Shown: positions 8,510 through 18,107 of the stretch, piece by piece
How the letters are laid out: each line of letters opens with the position of its first letter
How positions within the stretch are numbered: position 1 is the first letter of the stretch
Assembly: GCA_965230915.1 (NCBI GenBank)
Contig: OZ246395.1
Coordinates: 140,019 to 204,018 of the forward strand
Origin: an uncultured Candidatus Saccharibacteria bacterium
GTDB lineage: Bacteria > Patescibacteriota > WWE3 > 2-01-FULL-39-13
Direction: 5' to 3'
DNA: 64,000 nucleotides
Notes under the pieces: model-generated
What the model was told of the DNA's origin: nothing
Databases searched by the model: none
What the model saw: the letters and a program-made list of their open reading frames with translations, nothing else
Translations under genes and position numbers: made by a program

Positions 8510-10804
8510 ATGCAATCAATACTCGATAATCCCACCCAAATCGAGGCGAGCGCGCCAAGGCCGAGTAACTTTGGAGCAGTCGCCCAGCAAGTCAATTGGT
8601 TGGCAATCATAGAAAACCTTTTCTGTGGTTTGCTACTTCTTCTTCCGGTTTTCTTTCTACCCATCACGGCAGATCCACTAAACCTAAATAAGACCTACTT
8701 AACAGTATTTGTAGCCTTATTAGCTTTAGTACTTTTCTTTGCAAATGGCGTACAGAAGGGGAAGATAAGCTTTTATAATATCCAATCACACTTGGGATTA
8801 TCAATCTTAGCTTTAGCCGCTATCGCCTCTGTAATTTTTTCAATCAACAGAGACAACTCGATCTTCGGACACTTTGGTAATTATTCGGATTCATTAATCT
8901 ACATAATCGCTATTTTTATCCTTGGATTTGTTGCTGCGAATGTAAGACTAAGCACACAGAAACTATTAAAATTCTTTATTTTGGGAACATCAATCTCAAC
9001 TGTAGTTTCTCTATTAGTTTTATATGGAGTTGCTTTACCTGGAATAGGGGCACTTCCTAGAGTATTTTCACTCGCAGGATCGGTCTACATTTTAATGGGA
9101 CTTCAAATAATTGCTGTTTTGGTTTCAGTATTTATGTTACTGAACATTACTTCAATGAAAGGAAAACTATTCTACACATCAGTATTGGTAGTTAATGGTT
9201 TATACCTAGTAGCCATGCTTAACCCAATGGCTATGGTTGTTCTAGGTGCAGGCCTTTTGGTTTTGTTCTTATACGTTCACAAATCAATTCCAGCTTCCAG
9301 TAGAACATTATTCATTGGAATTTTAATTGCATTAGCTGTATTAGGGTTTGTTCATCATTATCCGATGACAAGAAATGCATTAGGTCTAGATCAGATGAAC
9401 ACACAACCAAGACTCTCATTAAGAGAATCATGGATTATCACAGCTGAAACTTTAAGAGATAGACCAATTACCGGATCAGGCATTGGAACATTCGTAAATA
9501 TGTTTAGCATCTACAGACCAGCTTCATTAAACATGAGCGAAAACTGGGAAGCTAGATTCGAATCTCCATATAGCGATCTTCTTCTTTGGATGGGAGGAGC
9601 AGGTTTAGTAGGACTTTTGGCTTACTTAATTTTCGTAGTTTGGTCATTAATAACTGTTAAATCACTTGGTAAAGAAGATGATGCATCAAGACTTCTAACA
9701 ATAGTTATTCCAGTAGTTTTATTATCTTTAATACTATTAGGAAATAACCCAGTGCTTTACGCATTACTTTTCGTAGTACTTGGAGTTGCAATGCATAAAA
9801 CCAGTAGAAGATCATTTACTGTAAGTTCTATCCCAGTTCTTTCAGTATTCGTATTAATCGGACTCGTAATGCTTGCATACTCAATGTACAACGCATACAG
9901 AGTTTATGCTGGCCAATACTTCTTTAGAGAAAGTTTGACCAAAGATAATCTTGGAGAAAGATTCCAGCTACAGGCATCTGCCATAAATGCTGACCCAATG
10001 GAAAGCGTTTACCAGAGATCATATATCTCAACCGGAGTTGCTATCGCTAGTGTACTAGCACAGAAACAAGATTTAACCGATCAGGAAAAACAGGAAATCG
10101 TTAACATTCTTTCACAGTCATTCAATAACGTAAGATATGTTACAGAAAGCTTTGAACCAATTAATGTAGCGAACTGGTCACTAAGAGGAGACCTTTACGC
10201 ATCAGTTATGGATTTAGCACAAGGTGCTGATCAATTATCAGTAGTTGCTTACAGAAATGCTCTTCAATTAGAGCCAACAAATCCAAATCTTTGGATCAAC
10301 TTAGGTTCTGTTTACTACAGAAGACAAGTATACGGAGAAGCAGTAAGCGCATTCTTGCAGGCTGTTCAATTAAAGCCTGACTATGCAAATGCCAGATACA
10401 ACTTGGCATACGCATTAAAAGATGCAGGCTATTTAGCAGATGCTGCTACTCAAATGGAAGTTGCATTAAGATTGGTTCCAGAAGGAACACCAGATCATGA
10501 AAAAGCTTCAAAAGATTTAGAAGAATTCAAGAAGCTTGCTGATGAAGCCGCAAAGAAAGCTGCTGCACAACAAAGCGCAGAGGGCGTAGATAAATTAAAC
10601 AATGAACCAGTCGCGCCACAGCCTTCAACAGAGCCATTAGTTGCTCCTGAAGACAGACCAAGTCCACAGGTTCAATCAGGTGACGCAGAAGTACAAAGTG
10701 GAGTAGAAGAAAAGATTAAAGCTGAAACAGTTCAACCAGCTGACGGATCAGAGATTCCAGAAGGCGGAACAGAAGCTCCAATAGCTAATCCACAAGGTGA
10801 ATAA
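8510..10804 (+). CDS. O-antigen ligase/O-oligosaccharyltransferase-like polytopic membrane protein with C-terminal TPRs
   Basis: About 12-13 TM segments, PITGSGIGTF loop motif, TPR repeats (ALQLEPTNPNLWINLG, AVQLKPDYANARYNLA) and an acidic disordered tail. Confidence 0.75.
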   Translation: MQSILDNPTQIEASAPRPSNFGAVAQQVNWLAIIENLFCGLLLLLPVFFLPITADPLNLNKTYLTVFVALLALVLFFANGVQKGKISFYNIQSHLGLSILALAAIASVIFSINRDNSIFGHFGNYSDSLIYIIAIFILGFVAANVRLSTQKLLKFFILGTSISTVVSLLVLYGVALPGIGALPRVFSLAGSVYILMGLQIIAVLVSVFMLLNITSMKGKLFYTSVLVVNGLYLVAMLNPMAMVVLGAGLLVLFLYVHKSIPASSRTLFIGILIALAVLGFVHHYPMTRNALGLDQMNTQPRLSLRESWIITAETLRDRPITGSGIGTFVNMFSIYRPASLNMSENWEARFESPYSDLLLWMGGAGLVGLLAYLIFVVWSLITVKSLGKEDDASRLLTIVIPVVLLSLILLGNNPVLYALLFVVLGVAMHKTSRRSFTVSSIPVLSVFVLIGLVMLAYSMYNAYRVYAGQYFFRESLTKDNLGERFQLQASAINADPMESVYQRSYISTGVAIASVLAQKQDLTDQEKQEIVNILSQSFNNVRYVTESFEPINVANWSLRGDLYASVMDLAQGADQLSVVAYRNALQLEPTNPNLWINLGSVYYRRQVYGEAVSAFLQAVQLKPDYANARYNLAYALKDAGYLADAATQMEVALRLVPEGTPDHEKASKDLEEFKKLADEAAKKAAAQQSAEGVDKLNNEPVAPQPSTEPLVAPEDRPSPQVQSGDAEVQSGVEEKIKAETVQPADGSEIPEGGTEAPIANPQGE

Positions 10805-10824
10805 AGTTCACTTGCGATAAGCAG

Positions 10825-10853
10825 AAAAAGGCTCCCGAAAGGGAGCTTTTTTT
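10825..10853. terminator. Bidirectional intrinsic terminator between convergent genes
   Basis: AAAAAG-GCTCCC-GAAA-GGGAGC-TTTTTTT. Confidence 0.85.
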
Positions 10854-10876
10854 GTATTAAAAGTTAGATTTCAAAA

Positions 10877-12094
10877 TTAAAAGACTAACCGTGAAGGATG
10901 AATATCGTTATTATTAAACATATTCTGAGATTTCTTAAAAACAATCCGCTTGTTAGGTAAGTTGTTGATATCAAATTTATTGTTCTGTTCTTGAACCTCG
11001 ATAACAATTTTCTCAGCTTCTTTTTCGTGTTTAGATATAACAGCTGCGACTTGCTTTAATAATTCTTTTGTTCCTTCAGAAGTTGCGGCAGAAACAAATA
11101 GTAAATCTATTGAATATTTTTTCTTGAATAATTTTTCAATTTCATTTTGTTTTTCCCTAACTTCGGTGATGTCAATTTTATTTACAACGACTATTTGAGG
11201 TTTTGTACTTAGTTTAGAAATAGTAGGGTCAACTTTTCCGGTGCCATCTAGTCGAATGGCAATTTCTTCATCCCATTTTAATAATTCGTTTTGGATAACT
11301 TCATATTGTTTTGATAATTCTTCTACAGTAAAAAGATTAACGGCATTTCCATCGAGTAGGTGAATTAGAACTTTTGTTCTTTCGATATGTCTTAAGAAAT
11401 CATGGCCGAGACCTTTTCCGTCGGCAGCACCTTCGATGATTCCGGGAATGTCTGCAAGAATGATATCGTCGTAACCTTCGCCCAGCAATTCTGATGTGCG
11501 TACGACTCCTATATTCGGTTCTAAGGTCGTGAAATGATATTCAGCAGTTTTCACCTCGGTTCGTGCCAATGAGTTGAGTAGTGTCGATTTACCGCTGCTA
11601 GGAAGGCCGATTATTCCCGCGTCAGCGATTAATTTTAATTCTAAAGATAAAATCATTGGCTCTATCTTTTTTCCGTCCGTTGCTTTCATTGGAGTTCGGT
11701 TTACAGATGATTTAAAGTGCCAGTTCCCAAGTCCTCCACGTCCGCCTTCTTGAATTAATATTGTTTCGCCTTTTTCAGTAAGGTCATATAAAACATTTCC
11801 AGTTTGATCGCGAACAATTGTTCCTACCGGAACTTTTATTATTAAGTCTTCACCATTTTTATTTTGACCACGATTTCTCATACCTGGTAAACCTTTTCCA
11901 GCTTCGAATTTTCTCGCTTGTTTGAAGTCTGATAGGGTATTAAGGTTCGGATCAACGTAAAAGTAGATGCTTCCACCTTTTGAGCCATCTCCGCCCCATG
12001 GTCCGCCTCGAGGGATGTATTTTTCGCGTCTAAAGGATACGATACCGTCTCCACCGTTTCCTGCTTTTATTTGAATAGTTGCTGTATCTGTCAT
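10877..12094 (-). CDS. obgE: GTPase ObgE/CgtA
   Basis: Gly-rich Obg domain (AGNGGDG, FRREKYIPRGGP), GLPSSGKST, FTTLEP, DIPG and NKID. Confidence 0.96.
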   Translation of the reverse strand: MTDTATIQIKAGNGGDGIVSFRREKYIPRGGPWGGDGSKGGSIYFYVDPNLNTLSDFKQARKFEAGKGLPGMRNRGQNKNGEDLIIKVPVGTIVRDQTGNVLYDLTEKGETILIQEGGRGGLGNWHFKSSVNRTPMKATDGKKIEPMILSLELKLIADAGIIGLPSSGKSTLLNSLARTEVKTAEYHFTTLEPNIGVVRTSELLGEGYDDIILADIPGIIEGAADGKGLGHDFLRHIERTKVLIHLLDGNAVNLFTVEELSKQYEVIQNELLKWDEEIAIRLDGTGKVDPTISKLSTKPQIVVVNKIDITEVREKQNEIEKLFKKKYSIDLLFVSAATSEGTKELLKQVAAVISKHEKEAEKIVIEVQEQNNKFDINNLPNKRIVFKKSQNMFNNNDIHPSRLVF

Positions 12095-12224
12095 GTCGAA
12101 TAGATTATACAGTAACAATGGCGCGCATCCTATAGTTTTGACATTTAGCGAGGATTTGGTATTATGTTTGCCAGTTCAAGCGGCCTTCGTTTGACTAATC
12201 GCACACTAAAGAAGAGAGACTGAA

Positions 12225-12722
12225 ATGAATCGCCGGCTTAATATTGTTATGGTTACGGTGCTTTTGATTCTTGGCTTATCTGGATGTGTAGGGGGAAATA
12301 CCTATCAGACTGAACTGCCGATCCGTGTTACCAGCTCGATCGAAGAGGAGACGTGCTTTCTTTTGGGGCAGGACTTTTCGATCACGATGACCATCGATGC
12401 TCCGCCAGACTGGAACGATATCAATCGAACCAGTTCGCAAGAGATCAAATTTCGCCTGCAGGTTATGGGGCCAGACACAGATTCTGTGGTGTTTCTAAAT
12501 CTAACCCAGCAGCGAGTGTTCGTGCTAAAACCGGGTGAAATGGCGATGACGGACATCGAAATTACGGTCTCACTAGAAAATGGCGACCGGGTCACGTATG
12601 CCTTGAATGACTTTCCGTTCTTCAAGTACACGCGGCGTGACGGTATTAGCCACTTTTGTGTTCAGCTACCTGGTGAGGAAGACCTAAAGGACAAGAAGTC
12701 TCTTCCGATGTTACAGGCCTGA
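12225..12722 (+). CDS. Orphan lipoprotein
   Basis: MNRR, then a hydrophobic core, then the LSGC lipobox. It has its own promoter, a purine-rich RBS and a downstream hairpin. Confidence 0.7.
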   Translation: MNRRLNIVMVTVLLILGLSGCVGGNTYQTELPIRVTSSIEEETCFLLGQDFSITMTIDAPPDWNDINRTSSQEIKFRLQVMGPDTDSVVFLNLTQQRVFVLKPGEMAMTDIEITVSLENGDRVTYALNDFPFFKYTRRDGISHFCVQLPGEEDLKDKKSLPMLQA

Positions 12723-12727
12723 CGCTC

Positions 12728-12796
12728 GCGGCGACACATGTATGTGGGGTGTTTTACCTACAGTTTTACCCAACATGTGTCGCCGCTTTTGTTTTT
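12728..12796 (+). terminator. Long-loop hairpin with T-tract after the lipoprotein gene
   Basis: GCGGCGACACATGT...ACATGTGTCGCCGC (14-bp perfect stem) followed by TTTTGTTTTT. Confidence 0.65.
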
Positions 12797-12843
12797 CTCC
12801 TTCTAGGCTGCAAAAATCCCTTCCATTCTGCTAAAATTAGCCC

Positions 12844-15189
12844 ATGACTTCCGCATACGACCATAAATCTATCGAAGAAAAACGTTTAAAAATTTGGGAA
12901 GATTCCAAATTATTTCAAAAAACATACGACGATCCAGAAGTTTCTCAGGAAAATAAATTGTACTTATTGTTTGCATTCGCTTACCCATCAGGGGAGGGAT
13001 TGCACGTGGGACACGTCGAATCCAAAACGGCCTTAGACATTTTAGCCAGATATAACAGAATGAATGGTAAAAAAGTTTTCTTTCCGGTAGGATGGGACGC
13101 TTTTGGTCTACCTGCCGAAAACTATGCTGTAAAAACTGGAGTTCCTCCAGCAGAAACTACTAAAAAAGCTATCGAAACTTTTACAAGACAGATTAAAAGA
13201 GTCGGAATTTCTTATGACTGGGAAACTGAAGTTACAACTTCTCAGCCTGATTATTACAAATGGACTCAATGGTTATTCTTAGAATTATATAAAGCAGGCA
13301 AAGCATATCGTGGAAGCGCTCACGTTAATTGGTGCCCAAAAGACCAGACAGTTTTGGCAAACGAGCAAGTTGTAGATGGAAAGTGCGAGCGTTGCGGAAC
13401 CGAAGTTGTACAAAAAGAAATGGTCCAGTGGCAATACAAGATTACAGATTACAAAGACGAATTGATTTCCGGTTTAGATAAAGTTGATTGGCCTTATTTC
13501 ACAAAGAAGCGCCAGATCGATTGGATAGGTAAATCAGAAGGTGCTGAAATAGATTTTGAAGTTGAGAATGATGATAAAAAGATTACTGTATTCACAACTC
13601 GTCCAGATACAATAATGGGAGTCACATTCATGGTTTTAGCTCCAGAACACCCAATGGTTTCAGAGTTATGGACTGCTGATTACGAATCCGCTATTCGAGA
13701 TTATCAAAAGAAAGCTCAAACCAAATCAGAAGAAGAACGCCAGATTAATAAAGATAAAACAGGAGTTTTCACAGGCTCGTATGTAATAAATCCAATGAGT
13801 GGCAAAAAAGTTCCAGTCTGGATTTCAGATTACGTTTTAATGGGATATGGAACTGGCGCTATTATGGCGGTTCCAGGTCATGATGAACGCGACGAAGCTT
13901 TTGCTAAAGCTCACAATATCGAAATTATTAAATTGGAATTAGACGGATTAAACGGTGTTGCTCCAATGATAAAGCAGTTAGAAGAGAAGAAAGTTGGTCG
14001 CGCAAAAACCACATATCGATTGCGCGATTGGTTAGTTTCTCGCCAAAGATATTGGGGAGCTCCAATTCCTATTGTTTATGATCCAGAAGGAAATCCACAT
14101 ATGGTGAAAGAAGAGCATTTGCCTTGGGTATTGCCAACAGATGTCGACTTTTTACCAACCGGAGAATCTCCATTAACAACTTCAAAAGAATTTAAAGAAC
14201 GCGTAGAAAAGTTATACGGCGAAGGATGGAGGCCGGAATACGATACGATGGATACTTTTGTTGATTCATCGTGGTACTTTTTGCGCCAGACAGATCCGAA
14301 AAATGAAAATGCGTTTGCTTCAAAAGAGCAGATGGCAAAATTATTGCCTGTAGATTTTTACATGATTGGTCCGGAACACACTGTTTTGCATTTATTATAT
14401 TCAAGATTCTTTACTAAGTTTTTACGTGATCAAGGCTACGTAAACTTTGATGAACCATTCATGGGAATGCGCCACCAAGGAATGATTTTAGGTCCGGACA
14501 ATCGAAAGATGAGTAAGAGCAAAGGAAATGTAATAAATCCAGATGAAATCGTCGAATCACATGGAGCCGACACATTGCGCGTATACGAAATGTTCATGGG
14601 TCCAATCGACGCCGACAAGCCTTGGGATACAAATGGTGTAGCCGGAGTTCGCCGCTTTTTAGCCAGGATCTGGAATTTAGCTAACGACGCCGCAAAATCA
14701 AAAGCAGAAAAATCAACCGAAGAATTGCAAAGACTTTTACACAAATCCATTAAGAAAGCGACTGAAGATATTCCGACATTAAAATTTAATACTGCGATTT
14801 CTCAATTAATGATTTTTGTTAATGAATGGGAAAAGAGTGGGGCAGCTTTATCAGCCGAAGATACAATGGCCTTTTTGAAAGTGTTAGCGCCATTTGCTCC
14901 ATTTATTGCCGATGAATTATACGCATTGAATGGTGGAAAGGAATCGACAATCCATTTAGAAAATTGGGCAAAATATAGCGAAGAATTGGCAAAAGATAGT
15001 AAGGTAACAATTGTTGTTCAGGTTAACGGGAAGTTGCGCGGCAATTTAGAAAACATCGACGCAGGTTTAGCAGAAGGTGAAGTTACTGAAATGGCAAAAG
15101 ACATCGTTGCTAAATTCTTAGAAGGGCAAGAAATTATAAAAACAATTTATGTTCCGCAAAGAATCGTTAATTTCGTGGTGAAAGGTTAG
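12844..15189 (+). CDS. leuS: Leucyl-tRNA synthetase
   Basis: YPSG.GLHVGH, GWDAFGLPAEN, FTTRPDT editing domain, DWLVSRQRYWG and KMSKS. Confidence 0.98.
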   Translation: MTSAYDHKSIEEKRLKIWEDSKLFQKTYDDPEVSQENKLYLLFAFAYPSGEGLHVGHVESKTALDILARYNRMNGKKVFFPVGWDAFGLPAENYAVKTGVPPAETTKKAIETFTRQIKRVGISYDWETEVTTSQPDYYKWTQWLFLELYKAGKAYRGSAHVNWCPKDQTVLANEQVVDGKCERCGTEVVQKEMVQWQYKITDYKDELISGLDKVDWPYFTKKRQIDWIGKSEGAEIDFEVENDDKKITVFTTRPDTIMGVTFMVLAPEHPMVSELWTADYESAIRDYQKKAQTKSEEERQINKDKTGVFTGSYVINPMSGKKVPVWISDYVLMGYGTGAIMAVPGHDERDEAFAKAHNIEIIKLELDGLNGVAPMIKQLEEKKVGRAKTTYRLRDWLVSRQRYWGAPIPIVYDPEGNPHMVKEEHLPWVLPTDVDFLPTGESPLTTSKEFKERVEKLYGEGWRPEYDTMDTFVDSSWYFLRQTDPKNENAFASKEQMAKLLPVDFYMIGPEHTVLHLLYSRFFTKFLRDQGYVNFDEPFMGMRHQGMILGPDNRKMSKSKGNVINPDEIVESHGADTLRVYEMFMGPIDADKPWDTNGVAGVRRFLARIWNLANDAAKSKAEKSTEELQRLLHKSIKKATEDIPTLKFNTAISQLMIFVNEWEKSGAALSAEDTMAFLKVLAPFAPFIADELYALNGGKESTIHLENWAKYSEELAKDSKVTIVVQVNGKLRGNLENIDAGLAEGEVTEMAKDIVAKFLEGQEIIKTIYVPQRIVNFVVKG

Positions 15190-15266
15190 CTTGACCACGG
15201 TTATCCTATAGAAGATAATATTCCCACTCAACGGCGTTTGACTAGCATAGTGAAAGAGAGATCGAA

Positions 15267-15815
15267 ATGCGTATTTTGCCTGGAGTTAAGGCAGTAATTT
15301 TTGCTAACAGTATGGCAACGGCTTATGCTTTTGCTGTGCCGAGTGAAGTTGTGTCGAATGTGCGAACGCTTCAAGAGTTGTATGCAATGTGGAGCGAAAA
15401 GGCGACGGTAGAAGACCCCTTAAGTCCTTTCAAATATTGGAGCGAAAGGCCGGCAACCGAAGATAAGCCTTACGCTTTGATCGCCAAGTATTTCAATGTA
15501 TGGGTTGAAGTTACTGAGAATGAAATTGTATTTTCAATCTTAGGCGGTGATTCTGACAAGGTTTTGGCAAAGATAAGCGTGAAGTTTGAAGGGAAGAAGC
15601 GTGTCACTATTGTTGCTTTGGATATTCCTTCTTTGGAGAAAAGGCACGTGCATATGTATTTGGGTGCGCTTTGGGAAGCTGACCAAAAACTTGGCGGTGT
15701 CATAATGGACAAAATCCAGAGGACTAGCCAAAAGAGCCGTATTCGTTACTTGTTGATAGAACTATATAAGCAATGGGTGATACGCGAAAACGACAGTATC
15801 CGCGAGGCTGCATGA
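15267..15815 (+). CDS. Orphan hypothetical protein
   Basis: 182-aa ORF with its own TTGACC-17-GATAAT promoter, GAGAGA RBS and a downstream hairpin. Confidence 0.6.
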   Translation: MRILPGVKAVIFANSMATAYAFAVPSEVVSNVRTLQELYAMWSEKATVEDPLSPFKYWSERPATEDKPYALIAKYFNVWVEVTENEIVFSILGGDSDKVLAKISVKFEGKKRVTIVALDIPSLEKRHVHMYLGALWEADQKLGGVIMDKIQRTSQKSRIRYLLIELYKQWVIRENDSIREAA

Positions 15816-15877
15816 CATCGAATTGAAGAAGAGCTTCTGGAATAGGCGGCTCTGAAACTACGTTTCTTGTGTTAAGA

Positions 15878-15928
15878 ACAGGTTGAGAGTTATCTCTCGT
15901 TTTTTACTCTCAACCTGTGTTGTTTTTT
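15878..15928 (+). terminator. Long-loop hairpin with T-tract
   Basis: ACAGGTTGAGAGT...ACTCTCAACCTGT (13-bp perfect stem) followed by GTTGTTTTTT. Confidence 0.6.
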
Positions 15929-15989
15929 ATTTATCAGAATTTCACAAGTCGTTAAAAATTTTTTAACTTATCAGTCATAAAATCATCAT

Positions 15990-17183
15990 GTGGAAATTCT
16001 TAAATCGTTAATCCCCTTAATAATAGGATTATTGCTTCTGGTGTTTTTTACACACTTAGCTAGCCAAATTTTTCATAATAAAAGGGAAACTGGAACTGTG
16101 TTTTCCGGAGTGCTGTATGAGCAGCCAGTTACTAATGGTCGATATAAATCAATAAATATAAATAATAAAAGAATTTACTTCAGTCGGTATTCGGCAATAT
16201 CTCAAGGAGACTATGTAAATCTAGATTTTTCTACATGTAAGTACAACAAAAAATTTGATAGCTATGAAAACTGTTTGATTCAAGTTGAACCTGCAAAGGC
16301 GAATCCAGTTTTAAAATTGATACTGAATTTAAGAAGAGTAATAATTTCACACGCACATTATAGGCTGCCAAACCCCCACGATTCTCTGTTATTGGCAATG
16401 ACCATAGGGTATAAAGATGATTTGCCTGATGGCTTATCAGAAAAACTGCGTGATATAGGCGCAATTCATATGTTGGTGGTCTCAGGGTATAACGTTTCTT
16501 TGGTTTTAAACTCGGCCGGGGTGGTGCTAATGAGGTTTCCAAAATCAGTTTATGTAGGGTTAAGCGTGGTTTTGCTGCTGGGTTTTATCTCGATTGCAGG
16601 ATTTGACGCCCCAATTGTAAGATCGGCGATAATGGGTACTTTTATTGTGCTTGGTAAGGCGTACAACCGTCAAAATCTGGCAATTTACTTACTGTTTTTG
16701 TCCGGAATTATTATGGTTGCGTGGAATTTTGGTTATTTGAGTAGTATAAGTTTCCAATTGTCATTCTTTGCAACACTTGGGGTTATAATTTCCGGAAATA
16801 TTTTCAGCTTTAAAAACTCTTTGTTGTCTGATTTGTGCACATCGGTCGGTGCAAGCATTTTTGTTCTTCCAATTTTGTCATTTCATTTTGGAACGGTGAG
16901 TTTTTTAGGAATCATTTCATCGGTTTTGTTGGGTTGGTTGGTTCCACTTATTACTTATTTAGGGGTGCTAATTTTTTTATTTAATATTCCAGCTATAAAT
17001 TTAGGCTTTGTATCTGTAGCAGATCTTTTCTTTGGTTTAACCGATTTCATTTCTAGATTTGCATTCCTAAATTTCGAATATAAATTAGGCTTAAGAGGGA
17101 TAGTTATGTATTATATTTTTGTCTTTGCAATAGTTGCGCTTATTAGCCAATTTAAAGCAAAAACTAACCATGAGCAAATCTAA
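15990..17183 (+). CDS. comEC: ComEC/Rec2 competence membrane channel domain
   Basis: GAIHMLVVSGYNV, IVRSAIMG and SISFQLSFFATLG motifs; many TM helices. Confidence 0.88.
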   Translation: MEILKSLIPLIIGLLLLVFFTHLASQIFHNKRETGTVFSGVLYEQPVTNGRYKSININNKRIYFSRYSAISQGDYVNLDFSTCKYNKKFDSYENCLIQVEPAKANPVLKLILNLRRVIISHAHYRLPNPHDSLLLAMTIGYKDDLPDGLSEKLRDIGAIHMLVVSGYNVSLVLNSAGVVLMRFPKSVYVGLSVVLLLGFISIAGFDAPIVRSAIMGTFIVLGKAYNRQNLAIYLLFLSGIIMVAWNFGYLSSISFQLSFFATLGVIISGNIFSFKNSLLSDLCTSVGASIFVLPILSFHFGTVSFLGIISSVLLGWLVPLITYLGVLIFLFNIPAINLGFVSVADLFFGLTDFISRFAFLNFEYKLGLRGIVMYYIFVFAIVALISQFKAKTNHEQI

Positions 17184-18069
17184 ATTACCCCTATATATCG
17201 CATCTTTTCTAATATTCGCGCTGACATTTCTTTTGGTTGAATATCCAAAATTTCATAAGTATAACGACGGTTTGTTACATATATATTTTTTGGATGTTGG
17301 CCAAGGAGATTCTGAATTAATAAAAACTCCATCGAAAAAGCTAATATTGATCGACGGTGGGCCCAAAACAAACCTTGGTGATACCATTTCGGCTGAGCTT
17401 CCATTTAATAAAAACCGCATAGATTTAATAATAATTAGCCATTCACATGCTGACCACATAACTGGATTAATTGATATTTTGGCTAATTATGAAGTCGGTT
17501 GTATGGTCTATGACTGGCAAGATAAATCAGAATCTGAGACTGAAACTGAGTTGAGAAATGAAATTAATCTGCAAAAAATCAAAGTTGTAACAACGGCTGA
17601 TTTAAATAAAAATCAGATTCCATCTAGTTGTTTTAGCGACCCAGACGTTAATTTAAGCATTTATTCTTTAAGAAATATAAATGAATTGACCGAAGATGAA
17701 TTAAAAAATGATCAAAATTTCGAGTCGAATATGGTGCTTTTAGATTACAAAAATTTCGAAACATTGTTTACCGGTGATGCCGAAATTGAAGCACAGGAAA
17801 TATTAATTCAATATTTAACCGATGACATCGAAGTGTTAAAAGCGGCGCATCATGGCTCTTTTAATGGGCTTTATGCTCCATTAATTGATAAATTAAAGCC
17901 GAATTTTTCAGTAATTTCTGCGGGTCAAGGTAATCGTTATGGGCATCCGGATATAGAAACACTCAGCGAATATCAACAAAGTGGCTTAGAATACGCTAGA
18001 ACCGATTTAAATGGCACTGTAGAAGTGAGCTCTAGTGGTGAAACTTGGAAGCACAAAGGGTCCAAATAA
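17170..18069 (+). CDS. ComEC metallo-beta-lactamase-fold nuclease domain encoded as a separate gene
   Basis: FLDVGQGDS, SHSHADHITG, LFTGD, HHGS and NRYGHP; N-terminal TM; overlaps the upstream comEC stop. Confidence 0.88.
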   Translation: MSKSKLPLYIASFLIFALTFLLVEYPKFHKYNDGLLHIYFLDVGQGDSELIKTPSKKLILIDGGPKTNLGDTISAELPFNKNRIDLIIISHSHADHITGLIDILANYEVGCMVYDWQDKSESETETELRNEINLQKIKVVTTADLNKNQIPSSCFSDPDVNLSIYSLRNINELTEDELKNDQNFESNMVLLDYKNFETLFTGDAEIEAQEILIQYLTDDIEVLKAAHHGSFNGLYAPLIDKLKPNFSVISAGQGNRYGHPDIETLSEYQQSGLEYARTDLNGTVEVSSSGETWKHKGSK

Positions 18070-18107
18070 ACCGCGTAATAGCGCTAATTTTGTAGTAAAA
18101 TGGCTGT

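Noticed and set aside
12728-15928. Integron attC sites after the orphan genes
   Set aside because: The stems are perfect with T-tracts and lack the RYYYAAC/GTTRRRY ends, and no intI is present; they fit terminators better.
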